Shown: positions 12,661 through 27,389, numbered from the stretch's first letter. The stretch: DNA of 64,000 bases from Auanema rhodensis (GCA_964057225.1 OZ059895.1:5890001-5954000); one strand, 5' to 3'. The notes: generated by a model not told the origin, from the letters alone. Numbers and translations are program-made.

Positions 12661-15150
12661 ATGTGGTTTGAAGAGCGGAGTTGGTCAAATCTCCGCATGT
12701 CGGATTTAGTTGAGGAATGGAGAGACTTGTGGTCATTTAAAATCGACTTCTTAGTAGCTGGTTTATCATATGTCTTTGCTACAAATAATCTCTTGGTTCT
12801 GCCTAAACTTATTCTTGAAAATGGTGGAGGTACGTTGATTTTCTTTTGTGAACATTTTAAAACTGTTTTCCGTTTGTTTTCACAAAATTCATATTTTGTT
12901 GTTTCAGTGGCTTTCATAGCTGCTTATGGAGCAGCAGTTTTAGCTTTGGTTTTACCCACGATTGTTCTTGAGTTAGCTGTTGGTCAACTAACTGGACGTG
13001 CCCCTGTCTTAGCATTCTTTAATCTCAGCCCAGTTTTCAAAGGTTAGTTTAGCATTTATTATGTATTTTCTTTCAGAGATTCTGAACTATATAATCTTAT
13101 TATAACGTTTCTAGGTGTTGGAGTTTCTCAAGTCTTATTCTCTCTACTTGTTCTGTGCTGTATGACTCGCTTTTTGGCTTGGCTTTGTTTATATCTCTTT
13201 CAACTTTTCATTACAATTGAAAAAGGTCGTCCTGGTATGTGTTTTACTTCAACAATTTTATTTCTTTTGCTCTTCTTTCTATATATTTTTTAATTGTTCA
13301 GGTTTACCGTGGTTAAGCTGTTTGGGATTCCCTGAAATGCTGTCACAACCTTGTTTGGAATCTGGAGCAATTGCCAACAGCACTCTAACTGGCGTTCAAA
13401 CCAAATTGAATGTTGTGAATCCTCAAAGCTCCTTGATGCAGTTCATGACTTTCCACGAAAACCCAACTGATTCCATTATTGATTTTGGTGAATTCCAATA
13501 CTATCTCTTAGCTGCCCAAGGTTTGGTTTGGATTCTTGTGTTCACTGCTATTTGTTTTGGAGTTCGCTGGCTTGGAAAGGTATGTATTTGGTTTAAAAAC
13601 AATGTGATATCGTAACTTTTAGGTCATTCCATTCTTATTCATGGGATCATTCAGTATTATGTTAACTTTATTTGTACGTTCATGGACACTAGGTGGTTTG
13701 GAAGAAATACTCAAAATTTATTGGTCAGCTACTGATTGGAATCGTTTGGCTGACTATCATGTAAGTTTTTTAATTTCAGGTTATAAGAGTCATGAAACAA
13801 AAAACAATTGTAGGTCTGGAAATTAGCTGTTGAGCAAGCCATACTTGCAACTGGAATTGGTTTTGGAGCTTTCATCTCAATTGCCTCATATAACAAACGT
13901 AGCAATAACCTTGTTGGGTAAGTACATTTCAAGGATTTTTTGCAAAATTTTCCTGTTGTAATATTATATTTCTCATTAAATTGTTGCAGAGATTCTTTAA
14001 TTATTGTCATTGGACATTGTATTCTGACAGCTATGCAAGTAGCTGTTGTTGTTGGTCTTGTTGGATTTGTATCAATGAAAACTGGATTGAACCCATTAGA
14101 AATTATGGACAAGGGTTTGTTACTATTAAAAGGACATTTTTTTTTACAAAAAAATAATGTTTCCAGGAGAGAATCAAATGTGGCATATCCTTACTTATTT
14201 TTCTTACATTCCAAATACTAAGTTATGGTCTGCGTTGTTCTTAGTAGCCTCTATCTTTATTCTTCTCAATGTGTTTGTAAGTTTTTATTTTAAATTCAAG
14301 TTTAAAATATTTTCTTTTCAGTACTTGCTTTCACTCTCTGTATTATCCACATTAGAAGATGCATTGGGAGAGAAATGGTCACGATGCTTCCCTAGATTCG
14401 TTTTAGCCCTATTTACTTGTGGCCTTGTATTCTCCATGTCTTTGTACTTTTCGACTCAAGCTGGACGTCATGCTTACGACTTGGTCATGGGCTTCATGAA
14501 GTACATCACTATATTTGTTATTTTGACATTCGAACTGTTTGCTACTGCCTGGTTTTATTGTAAGAGTTCAAGAAAAATTAGTTGCTTTCTACATATTCTA
14601 TTGCAGGTGCTCATCGTCTTGGTATGGATCTCCATACAATGCTTCGCAGAGCCTGTTGCTGGTGCTTGGGTCACTTTATTCTTCTGTTCACTTACTTGTT
14701 ACCTGTATTACCAGCTGTAAGTTATTTTATCTCATAGATGTGTAACGTATGATTGTTTTAGGCTGTTGCCGTAATGAATGCCATGAAGTACGACTTCAGC
14801 GTTTTCTCACCAGCTATCCACTCTTGGCCATGGAGCGAGTACGTTGGAGCTGCTTGCGCTATTGTACCTTTGATTCCTATTCCTCTCTTCTTCTTCGGTA
14901 CTTTACTCAAGGCATGCTGCTGTCGCGATGCTTCTGGAAACTCAAAGGGACAGGTAGACATATAGTATATTTGTTTTTTTTATAACTTTCTCATTTTCAG
15001 CGTCTGAAGAACACTGTAACATCTCGACTGAAGGATGCCTCAAATCCATATGGTCATGAGAAAGCACCACCTCCACGATACACTGGTAGCGCTCCTGGAT
15101 ATCTTCTGTTGCCGCAGGCTCCCCTAGCTGAACCTGAAACCTATGCTTAA
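12661..15150 (+). CDS. Divergent SLC6/SNF sodium:neurotransmitter symporter family protein (multi-exon)
   Basis: Spliced translation shows SLC6 hallmarks: RDLWSFKIDFLVAGLSY, ENGG-V-AFIAAY, LELAVGQ, PVFKGVG, LPWLSC, GVRWLGKV, GIGFGAFISIASYNKRSNN and multiple TM segments. The last exon 15001-15150 ends PLAEPETYA*. The specific snf paralogue is not assigned. Confidence 0.9.
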
Positions 15151-16452
15151 GAGAAATGGATACTTTAACTAGTTTCTAGTATCCTTAACATTTCTTGGAA
15201 AAGCTTTTTCAACTTCGATGCTATGTATTCAGGTTGATTTTTGCCATTCGTTTTCCACCAATCAAAAGTTTTTCTTTGCGTTAATTCAGTTCTTTTCTCC
15301 AGCCCGGTGCTCCTCTTTGTAATTCTATATTCTTCATAGTCTCTTTTACTTTCTTACATTCTCCTTGTTTTTCTAAATTTCTCAAGTTTTCAATTCGATG
15401 TGTTCAATCTTAAATCCACGCGCAGCTCTTTCAGTATATTGCCCCAGGCAACTGTTGTTTTTTTTCTAAAATTTTACAAACAAGAGCTTTTAACTCATCT
15501 CCTCCCTATCTTCTCTGACTGTATATAAGAGTTTTAATCCATGTACGGAAAAATCTCTTAGTTCCCGCCCTCCTACTTGTTCTCTCCCCTCTCGTCCACA
15601 TACGGTTTGTTGTCGAACACAGATGTTTCTTTTAGCTTTTAAAATTTTTCCCAGATTCATATATACGCATCACGTATGTTTAAATATTAAGTATCGGAAT
15701 ATTTGTTTGTGCATGCACTGTTTCATATTCAATTCTATTCTTTCTTTATATTCTATTTATCTTCTTTTTTTGTTTTTTTTCTTTTTTAACAAATTTGGCA
15801 ATGATTGGATAACATCGGTTTCCCAACTCATAAGCTTATTATAATTTTTTTTCCAAATTCTGTTTCTTTTTTCTATTGAAATTAGTCATTCGATGATTGT
15901 AGTCGGCAAAGCTGTATCTAATTCGTGTATTACACTCCTATTAATAATAATTATCCAAAAATAATAATAAATTTTTGGAATTTTTATTTACAATATATTT
16001 GTAGACAAATTGCTTTTAAAAGAAAAAACATACAAGGAATTTATTTATTTTCTTCTAGAGTTTTCTTTCTTTTTTTTCTTTTTTTTTTGAAATTTTTTTT
16101 TGAAAATGAGAGAAAAGAATTAAATGACTATAAATTGCTTATACAACAAGTATATAGTTAGTACACAGAAATTCTTTCACAGTATTAGTAGCCAAACAAA
16201 TGTTTGATTGAATAGATGTGATGAGTAGTATGATTTACAAATACAAACAAAAATTAAAAAAAAATAAAATGTTATAATCTGATTATAACATTATGGTTAT
16301 CTTCTTTTATATTTTTTTATTATTAACAATAGAGATTTGTATAAATACTATGCGTATACATAACTAAGTATAGTATAAGAGTAAAGGGATTCGGATAAAA
16401 GCAATGAGAAAAGAATATTATTCTAGATAAAAACTTGAAATTATCATCCAAT

Positions 16453-18132
16453 TTAGATAAGTTTTTCAATTTGAGCTTGATGCTCATCAGGCTGGTATTG
16501 CAAACCATTATATAAACGATAGAAGCAGTCGTGGCAATAAGGTTTCTTGTCATGTTCACGATAAGTTCCATGCATGTTCAAAGCCTGAAATTATCGTGTT
16601 GATCATGGCTTTTACTATCCAATACAATAGATGTTACCTTCTGACAATATGTGCACATGAAGTGATAAGTGTGGAACTTTTGAGCACGATCTGAGTTTGG
16701 AGCTAGAGCAGTCAAGATGGCACCGTCAATTTCCTCACTACAGTAAGCACAGACGACTGGGGCACATGGAGGAGGAGATCCCTATATCACACCGTAGATC
16801 ATATAATAGAAAGAAATACAAAACCTCAATCTGAAGTGTTCTGCGTGGAGTTTCCGAACGAGCACGTCGCTTCATAAGGCTATTAGTTTGGCTTTCACTC
16901 ATTTCAACGCCATAATCACGTGATACTTCATCAACTGTATATGTGTCTTCCAAAGCTAAAAAGAACAATTATTCAAGAAATAGATTCTGAAGCAGCAGAT
17001 GCACAACTGAATATGGTGATAGCTAAGACTATAGAAATGGGGGGGGAGGGGAATAAATGAATAGTGAAACTGAGACTAACGTTGCTTTGAAGCTGGACGT
17101 GGGAATGGTTGTTCATCTGGCTGTGGCGTCAAACGTAAATGATATTCAATTTTCTAAAAAAATAAATATTATAATTATTTATTATAAATATTTATATAAT
17201 ATATAAATAATACAAGATATCTTATTTATCTATAACCAACCTCCTTTTGAGCACTCTTACGACCATCCTTGTTTCTACCAAGGGTACCACGTCGTAATAC
17301 TTCAGCTGTTGCATTAACATCATACACAAGAGCTGCCAATGTATCTGTTACAGCGTTTTGTCCTATAATAAACAATAATAATCAATTGAAAATCAATTTT
17401 TAAAGCTTAATCAATCAATAATTGTGATATTATCTATATGTTGGCAATGAAAATATCATTTCATATTGAGTTATAACTTATATATTTTATTTTATTAAAT
17501 GTATACAAACAACCTACTTTGATCACTCTTCAATTTTCCCAAAGTATTTTTCATTTCATCGTTTGAAACAGCTCTAAGACGAGCTGAAAGCCATTCATCT
17601 GATGGCTCAATTGATATCCTTCCAGTAACTTCCATTTCAGTTTGAAATTGACGACGTTCCAAACGCTTAAAATGTATTTATAATTAATATAAATTAATAT
17701 TAATTATACCATTTGTTCTTGTTTTCTTCTAATAATTTCAGTCGTTTGCTCAACATCATCTTTAAGAGCAGATAGTGTATCATGAACAATCTCATCTTCT
17801 AAAATTTATAAGTAAATCAATATAATATGATAAAATTTTGTTATAATTATGTAAAATAATTAGTAGTAAAAGCGCAAACTAACGTTGACTGGGCTCTTCG
17901 TCATTTCTGAAAGCTTTGTCACGATTAGAATTCCGACTTTCACTTCTCCATCTAGCTACATGTCTTTCAACAGGATCAGGAATAGTCGAAGCTCGAGAAT
18001 CACTTCGATTTTCTATAAAATTAAAAAATGAAGAATATTTATAAGAATAAGATAAAAAAAACCTTGATGAGTAGTTCTTGTCTCACTTCTCCATTGATAT
18101 GATTGAGATGGCACAGGTGAGGCAGCCGTCAT
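16453..18132 (-). CDS. unc-95: UNC-95, muscle dense-body/M-line protein with a single C-terminal LIM domain (multi-exon)
   Basis: Spliced translation MTAASPVPSQSYQWRSE...IPDPVERHVARWRSESRNS...QNAVTDTLAALVYDVNAT...CAYCSEEIDGAILTALAPNSDRAQKFHTYHFMCTYCQKALNMHGTYREHDKKPYCHDCFYRLYNGLQYQPDEHQAQIEKLI* closely matches C. elegans UNC-95 as I recall it. Confidence 0.93.
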
Positions 18133-20458
18133 GCTTCTGCTAAACAGTAAGTAAAATCAACGTATAAAGGTAAATAATTAAAAATATACAAGAAATAATT
18201 TTAAAAGAAATATAATTTGATTCTTATATAGTTAAGCTAATTATAAATTAATTTTATATTCAACAACAACAACAAAACAAAGTAATGTGTGAAAATTAAA
18301 AGTAATTTAAAGCTGAATGGCATCGATTGATTAGTTAGCAGATTGTTGAAGAAAAATCTTTTTTGAAGAAAAAAATGAGAACGACCAGCTGGTCAAATCA
18401 AACATCAAGTAATATCTTTGGAAATAATTGAAGATGTTATGTTAAAGATATTGGCAATATCAAAGAGATATTAATAAAAATTCTGAGAATTTTAATGAAA
18501 ATTAGAGAATTATGATAGCAAAAGGAAATTCTGGCAAAGTTATCTGAAAAGGAAATGAATTCAGAATTGAAATCAATCAATAATCCATGTATTAGAAAAC
18601 AAATTAGACAAAACGTTTGGATCACATCAATTTATGATTGTCAAGAAAAAAAGTAGTTAGAGGATGATGATGATGATGAGAATGTTCGATTGAACGCAGA
18701 CGACGTCGTTGGTGAATGAAAGGAGAGAGGTGGGAATAGAGGGAGAAAGAGAAGAGAGGGGAGGGAAACGAGAACAGGGAAACTGAGCTTGTATGTGCGT
18801 GGTCTTGTGATGTGACCAGTCAAAATGTATTGCCATACCGGCAATAAATGAAAAACCGGAGCAGACACAATCTAGTTAGTGACTTGAAGGAGAGATTCTA
18901 TTAAAGGCGAACGATTAAAGGAACGATGATAACCACATCAAACTGCTTCGGTTGAAATGAGAAGGCTTTTCTTTGATTCGCAAGGTTATGAGCAAGCTTT
19001 AAGTTTTAAACTGTAAGAAATATTTCATATAATCAAAATAAATATGAAGTAAAGACTATATAGAATAAGATTATTACGGACAAATGCAACAGAATTTCGA
19101 GAAATTTTTTGAAAATTGAGAGATTTATAAGGAACAATTTCGAGAAACAATGACTATATTTGGATATGACTCATATTAAAGAAAAGTTTGATCGGAAACT
19201 GTTTTTTCTCGGACAAGCCATGTGCATACATACGAGAGGGTGTGAAGAAGATGTAGAGAAGGAAAGAAGAAAAAGGAAAAAAATAGTTAAATAGCAGTAA
19301 GAGTCAATGAATAGTTTACATACATAACTATAAGAATATAACAAGGTGATCAGACAACGGCTAGTGGCAAATGGCAAAAGATAGGGAGAGAGGAAAGGGT
19401 GGGAGGGGTGAGAGAAGATATTGGCTGTGAGTGGGTGGAGAAGCATAAGAGACGAAGAGAGACATAGATAAAATATAGGTGTAGAAGGGTAACATAGAAA
19501 TGAAATAAGAATAAGAGAAAAAGAGATAAAGAAAGAGAGAAAATGATGAGGGAGAGAGAGAAAGATATGGTGACTGAATCAGTTGCAGAGAGAGAAAGCG
19601 GAATGCCGGCTGTAGCTAACAGAGATGTGCGACGAAGAAATCAGTAAATGCCGGGAGCAGAAGACTACTGATCTCTGAGAATCAAACGAGACAGTACAGG
19701 CTGGCTGGAGAGACATTAGATTGTAAGAGAACTATGAGGTTGTAAAGATTGCCTGAAGGAACGCAACTGCCCTCAAGCCAGCACATTCACAACATCAGCA
19801 ATGTGAAGCTTGGGCTAACGATGAAGTAGATGCTGTAAGCGATGACAACATCATATGAATTATATGTGAAATAGCTAGACCTAGAATGACTATATAAAGA
19901 AGAAAAATTCAAAAAAACAATGACACATCAATGAAATTCCAGAATATACACAACCGATCAACAGTCAGTTTCAAAACAAAATGAATTTTTCTGAATAACG
20001 CAATGTGTACGTTACAATCAGAACACAGATGATCGTGACATGAAGTTTTGCTTTTAAAACTTTTCAAAATTAATCGCTTCAAGACCTACTGCAAATGAAA
20101 AAAATCCGAATTTTATCCAAAGTATATATAGTTAAGCAACATCTTTCTTAGCTCAAGGCTTATTCCTAATTATTCTTTTGGGAATAGAAATCTCAAGCTT
20201 AAGTTCGTCAGTTGCATGAAGTTTCAAAAGCCTGTAATTACCAATTTGATTGTATGTAGAGGATTACATACAATTAATTATAGCTAACGATACTAGATCC
20301 ATGCTAAAGATATTCTGAATGTCATATCCTCTTGTTAGAAGTTTGGTCTTGTACTTCTTTTCTTTTTTTTTGATAAACTTCATACATTTCCTGTAACCTT
20401 ACGATACACTGAAGCTTAATAAACAACAACAGAGACTTAGCTTACTTATTCTCTCTGC

Positions 20459-20519
<61 letters not shown>

Positions 20520-23500
20520 TCTCTCTCTCTTGGTCTCTTTTTTCTTTTCTATATCACTCTGTCTATCACAATTTCTTTAGGAATTAAGGTGCTGAAAGGA
20601 AAACGAGAGGCTTGGGTGCCAGAGATTCTAACTGCCCGAAAGCTGTTACACTACCAGCTGTCGGCTTTACTCGTTGATATTCGTTCTACCCTCGTCTAGT
20701 GCTTTTCTTTTCATCCCTCGAAGTTTTCCTCTATTTTCCCTTTTTTCCTTTATTTCTCTCATTTCTCCTATTTTACTCTGATATTTTACCACTTTTTAGC
20801 CAGATTAGCTTCACCCTTTCTCTAAATGTCTAACTTTCTCTCTATATCTATATCACCTCTTCGATTTTCGCACTCCCTTTCTCTCCATTAGTTGAGATTC
20901 TGCCAGTCAGGTTGGACAAAGAAGATTCGTCTCGGGACCATTGTGGTTAATGTCCAAGACTTCTCATATCTCTCTCTCCTTTCTTTTTAACTTTTTCTCT
21001 TACCTATGCTATCTAAACATATAGTTTATATGCGATTCTTCCCACTTTTTTTTCCCAAATTGTTCACATAAACTGCTAATCACTCACTGCTTATTCCAGC
21101 ATCGTTTGTCAATGAAAACACTTTTCCCCTATTTCCCCTATTTCACAACTTCATTTTAGCGCCTTTTTAAACATAATCAGTAGAATCAACTCAACTTTAA
21201 ACCGTTGTAGTTGTCGCGAACGTCACTTTTCAGCTTTTCATTCAATTTCTTACATATCCCCCAGCTCCTGTTCCCATTAAAGCTAACAAAGATTGCCTCT
21301 TCCTCAATCCTTTTCCCTAAATACTGGAGCTTTTCAACCTTCTGTTCATGGTCAGCAACGTTTGACCACTACATTCTCATTCCTTTCTGTTTCATCTTCA
21401 TAACCGCCCCCTTCTCGCATCACTCCCCCTCCCCCATCATTCTCATTTTCTCTCTCTCTCTTTCTCTCCCTTTTCCCATTTTAGTTCAATCCTTCTATCT
21501 GCTTATCCACGTCGCCATGCACGTCGTCGCATTTCTGAAGTATATTCTTCTGGCCATTTTTCTCCTTTTCTGTCTTTTCTACCACAATTCTTAATCTCAT
21601 TCGTCCAGATGTATTATAGACATTAGAAGATAGATTATGACACAGAACAAATGACTATTTCAAGAATCTTCTTCTTCTCCGTCTTCAAATTCTTGCTCAT
21701 GTTACCATGCTTTGAGCTTAAAAACGCCTCATTGTTGCCAAATCATGATCTTCCCTTCATATTTCCGTCTTCGATCACAGAAAGGGCTCTTTTTTCAAAC
21801 ATTAAATTGGAATTGAACACTTGACATACATAACTTGTTGCTTCAACTCAATTCTTATGCCTCTCTTTTTCATTTTTTCTGAGCTTCATTTCTCTCTTTT
21901 CCTCATTTTTTTCAAAGCAATCACATCCTTCATAACTTCATAGTACATCAACATTTGTGTTACTCATCTTTATATTTTAACTTACAAGTTAATTGATATT
22001 ATGATCAGTTTGTTTTGACTTTTTTTACTTTTTCTGAGATTTGCTTTGATGTATTTCTTCAAAAATTGATGATTTTGCACCCTTCACTCTGACTAAAAGC
22101 CGTCATTGATTCTTATTTCAATCCTCTTTCTAGAGCTGTTTCTTCCCTCTCTCTCTCTCGCTCCCTCTCTCTCTCTCTTTCTCTCTTTCCCCCTACCTCC
22201 AATGGTGACTATCATTTGCCTTAATACTTTGTTATACCTCTTCTGCCTTCTAACAGACTTCAAAGCTTATTTCTATCTCCATTTCTTCTAAATACTTTTC
22301 TTCCAATCCATCTCTTCTAATTTCCTTTAGTATTTTGTTTTTTTCTCAAAGCTCATTCCATCACCATCATTGTCAAGACTAACCAACAAAAGAAAATATT
22401 CTATAATACCAATCATTCAACTTCAGTAGTTCAGTGCTGTATTTATTAAAATCTTGTTGTCTCTTACATTCTAAAATCTGTCGTTGTCGTTTTGTCGTAG
22501 CCGTTCGTCGTCCATGAATTCACTAGAAATTCGTAGAAATCTCTCTCTCCTTCTCTCTCTAATGCTTCTATATCTTTTCAAACAATTTTTTCCTTTTTTT
22601 GCATATTCCTTCACTTACATATTACTTAGTTCTGTAATGGAGTGTTTGTCTATATGCTTCTTTGTCCAACACATATTTTCCAAAGATATAACTATGAATG
22701 TGTGGGCTTGTATGTGGATGTATTATTTGCTACAAAAAGCTGAAAGAACTTATCAAGTTATATCATCATTTCCACTTGCTCTTCTGACCAACCTTTGAAC
22801 CTCCTCCCTTCCTTTCTCTTCACTTTGCTCCTTTATCTTCCTCCTGCCGTCATGTTTTTTCATCTTCGTCTCCTATTTCCTCGTTTCATAAAATGAAAAA
22901 GATGGAAAAAAAATTTTTTTCTTCAAAAAGTAGCCAAAAATGGTCTTGTCGAGAAAGCAAAAAGTTCATTCTCAATTTTCATACATCGAATTGTTGTGCA
23001 TATACACATTAAGAAAGAATAAGTCGACGAGTATTTCCTATTTCTGTTGATGTTCCTCTCTTCATCTTTCCATTCCACCATTCCATATGAAATGAATGTC
23101 CACTTATCAATTAAGAACATAGAAAATCTGAAGTTCTTTCTGTGAATGTCACCTCAACCATCCAGCTCACATCTGATGTTACTCCTTTCCCTTGATAGTT
23201 TTTATGCAGCTTTGACATCATAATTCAATTCGTTTTCATAATGAATAATCTATTCTTTCGATTAATTTTCATTTTTTCTGTCATCCTACGACTTTCTTGG
23301 TAATGGATTATAGAAACTTCCGATCTTTTGTCATGCTTTATGTTTATACAATTTGCTCAAAAAGATTTCATTTGCTGCAAAACTTTTTTTGTGCTCAAAA
23401 CTTTATTTGAAGTCAACGATTTTATCATTTTAACTTTGTTTAAAATAATAAAAAAAACATTTAAAATTATCAATAAAACTATAATATTCTATTAAACGGC

Positions 23501-24305
23501 TTTAAAAAGCTTTAGTAGAACTTTCGCTTCAAAATTTGAAATTTTGCAATGCTTCAAGATAGACAATGTTATCTCTTTTCTTCTATTTCGTTTTCATTCT
23601 ATCGCTAACCTTCTTAGTGGTTTCATGTACTTTGAGCTTTTTTATGTTATTTATCGTTATTCTTCCTTTTTCTCCTGTTTGTGGTTAAAATCATTTTTCA
23701 CATAACTTTAATTATTTCTTCTTCTTCTTCTTCTTTTTTTGAAATTTTCTTTTCAGTTGAAAAACATAAAATTTTCAATTCTACAAAATTTAAATCAAAG
23801 TAGCTTCTTTGTTAATTCATTTTCATTCTCTTTACTTTTCAGGCGAAATTTTAAAAAACAACGGTTTATTATTTTTTTTCTTAAATTCTTATAACCCCAT
23901 ACCGTTTATTTGTTTTAAAAACCTTCATTTGAACTTTTGTTTCCAGAATTTCCTATTTTTTTGAAATATTTTAACCTTGTTTGCAACTTCCTAAGTATAG
24001 TATATGTCTTAGAATATCTGGTTACAACTTACATACACATACATACATATGTTGTCTCACGTTTCCTTTTTAATCAAGAATAAGAAATATGAAAATATTA
24101 TATATAATATAAACTATATTTCATAGTATATTAATAATAATAATATTATTATTATTGATTAATTCAAATTTATATATTTTTTCTGACCTAAACTTGCAAA
24201 CTTTGAATATATTCCATATAATATGTCTGTTTTATCTTTTTTTTTCTTTTAAATATGCTCTTTATACTAAATATTATTTTTTATTTAGAATGTTTGATAA
24301 AGACC

Positions 24306-25776
24306 ATGGATAACGTTATTCGTCTATTTGCTTATATTATAATATTTCTTTTGCCTATCTGCATCGGCCGAACACATACCGTGTTTCGTAAGTTTTTTTG
24401 ACACCTATTTTCTTCTAAATTTTTAAATTATTTTTACGTGAAAAACACGTCAAAAAAATAAAATATAAATTCGATGTTCTGTTTGTATTATCTAATTAGA
24501 CCTTTAATATTATAAAACAAAATCTCTGAGAACAACTGTAAATCTATAAGGTTTTTTCTTTTTTCTTTTTATTTATTTGAAAGTTTAATATAATTAGTAA
24601 AACTTTATAGAAAGAAGTATAATTTCTTTTTGTTCATACTTTGAAGACAATTGTGTTGAAATTTAGAAAAAAGTCGGTACATACGAAAGAAATTGAATTG
24701 TAGGATGATCGATGTTTCAGTTAATACTCAAATCAAATTAATAGTGTTTGATGATTATAAGAAGACGATCAAACGGAAAAGATTTAGAAAAGAAATACAT
24801 TTTCCGAAAAGCTGATTAGGCGAAACAATTTGTGATCAGACGAAGAATATTCTCTGTTTAATTTTTAAAATTTTTAATTCATTTGCTATAAGCTGTGAAA
24901 TAATGAAAATGATATTTTATATACTATATTGATGTATAAGCTATTTTCTATTTTAAATATTTTTTGAGAAAATAGATAATCAATCAAACAATTGTTTTCT
25001 TCTATCTGATTTTTTGAGTTAAAATTAGCTCAAAGGCAAGGTAAAAATGTTGTGGCATATTGTTTAACCGAAATGAGTAACTTGAACGTTTGGAATTGGA
25101 TTACCGTAGATTTTTGATTCGATTGGTGGACTTTTTATCAAGAATGGGTGAAAAAGCTGCAAGAAAATAAGAAAAATGGAAGAGATTCTGATGATGAGCT
25201 GACGAGGTCGGATGAAGGGGCAGTATAAACAGGCAAAAGAAGAGAATAACGAGCTGTCAACTGGGTCTATTCCCCTAGGTATTCGATTCAGATGGACATG
25301 GAACAACTGAAAGAGAATATATGTATAAAGAGAGGAAGAGAAAGAGAGAGAGAGTGATGCTTAACGTTAGAGAATTATAGAAATAGACAAAAACAGATAG
25401 AAAAATCTTTATATATCATCATTGGTTTATGGTTCTCAAATAAAACTTGAAAAGCTGAGCTATCTTTATAATGATCCTCAATCTTTTCCAGCTTCTTTCT
25501 TTCACTTCTTCTATATTACTCTTTCTCTCTTTCTCTTCTAATCCTCTGATTCTGTTCTATATATCAGAGGGCAATATGAGAACAAGAAAAAAAAGTTACG
25601 AGAATTGAGTAGAATGTCATATAATAATTTGAAATATTATGGAAATATCAGAGAAAAGTATGAGAAACATTTTTTCCATTTGACAATTCCGAATATTCAA
25701 AGAGAGCAGGGGATTGACTTATTTCCTTCTTCACATCTCATCTTTAAATCCCTTCCCTCACTCTTTCTCTCTTTCT

Positions 25777-25844
<68 letters not shown>

Positions 25845-27389
25845 TCCTACTTTTTTTCTCTTTATCCATCTAACTATCTATCTATCTATCTCTGTCAACT
25901 TTGGAAGCAGCAGTGACATCGACGACCATGGTGGATGAACGACAGTGTCCTAAGAAAAGCGAAGAAAAAGAAACATTATGCCGGACAATTGAGAGAGCAG
26001 AAGGGGTGAGAGGAATGAAGAAGAGCTGTGCCAACGATAGATGGATGTGGACGGCACAACGATGTCATCGATGAGAACGCGACGTCAACTATTGATGTCG
26101 ATGAACGATAATCTCAGAAAAGCTGATGAGACTATGTAGTGAGACATAAGAAGTCAGGATGATGGACTTCATCTAAACAAATGCTGCCGCTAAATGAAAG
26201 ATGTCTTTCATGCAACGAAAAGCCATCCCAAATACTCTATTCCCACCATACACAATACTACGTTTGTAGTAACATTTACCCGGTTCTATTCATTCTACTA
26301 CCTCTGATTCTTCTAAAAATTATTTTTTAAACTTCATTAACTATATCATATACTAAACTATTTCAAAATACTTTATAGTAAATATTCAGTAATACTGATT
26401 TGTAATATTTTATCATCTTCAATTGTGTAGGCAATTCTAATGTCAGAAGCCCAGTGACAGGCATAGCCGACCATGTGAGATTACATTGTGATTCATTGTG
26501 ACTACAGCCAGACGTACCGGCGACAATATCCGAAGGCGATATATTGTTCTCAACATCATTATGGCTCGTTGAAATTCAAAAAGAATATTAGAATTAGAAT
26601 TTAAATAACATAAAACTTGACTTTATGTGTTAGCTGTTTGTTATAGTCCTTCATTCATATCTAGCATGCATCATTCTCGTTCATTCCTGCTTCTTCTTCT
26701 TCATCTTCATCTTCTTCTCCGTCTTCTTCATCATCGTCATGTCTTTCTCTTCTTCTACTTGATATTTTCCAAATTTCTTGTCTTTGTATATCTCTTATCT
26801 CAATATTCTACCTTTCCTTTAAGTTTTTTTTTCAAAAACATATGTTCATATACAATTTTTCTGTAAAATCAGAATAACACTAAAGCTTCAAGCATAATAC
26901 TATGCTTCAACATTGAAAATTTTCCAGACACCTCGTGCTACGGTTAAATGTCAAAATCTTGTCACACTATATGTAATGAGAGAAAGGGAGATCATTATTG
27001 TCTTTCTTTCTCTCTTTCTTCATTTTGCTTGTGATCTCTCTGTTCCATTTGCACCGGCCACCTACGCTTGAATTCGTTGCCTTCAATCTCTAATGCTTTG
27101 TCTCATTCATACCATCTAAATACAATGTCTACTTATACCCTCTCCTGAGTTCTCTTCAGCTATCTCAAATACAATTATCTTTATCTTCTTCGTTTCTTCA
27201 TTTTCACTATTTCTATTTCGTATATAAGATAGGAAGTTTATTTGAAATTCGTTGTTGTCTCTTTCCTATATATTTACATTAGGCGATTACTAGCTACCGT
27301 CACATACATACACACACGTTCATTCTATCAATCAGCAAGCACTTCGTATGTCAGAGCTTGTCCTCTTTATCATCACCTTCTCTTCCTCG

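Noticed and set aside
12648-14961. Antisense ORFs over the SLC6 gene (likewise over eat-18, kinesin, sur-6 and ric-19)
   Set aside because: Shadow frames of real coding exons on the opposite strand.
26440-26580. Higher-complexity island in lev-10 intron 1 considered as a miRNA/ncRNA
   Set aside because: I could not identify a long hairpin or a known mature miRNA by eye; it may be an enhancer, but that is unsupported.
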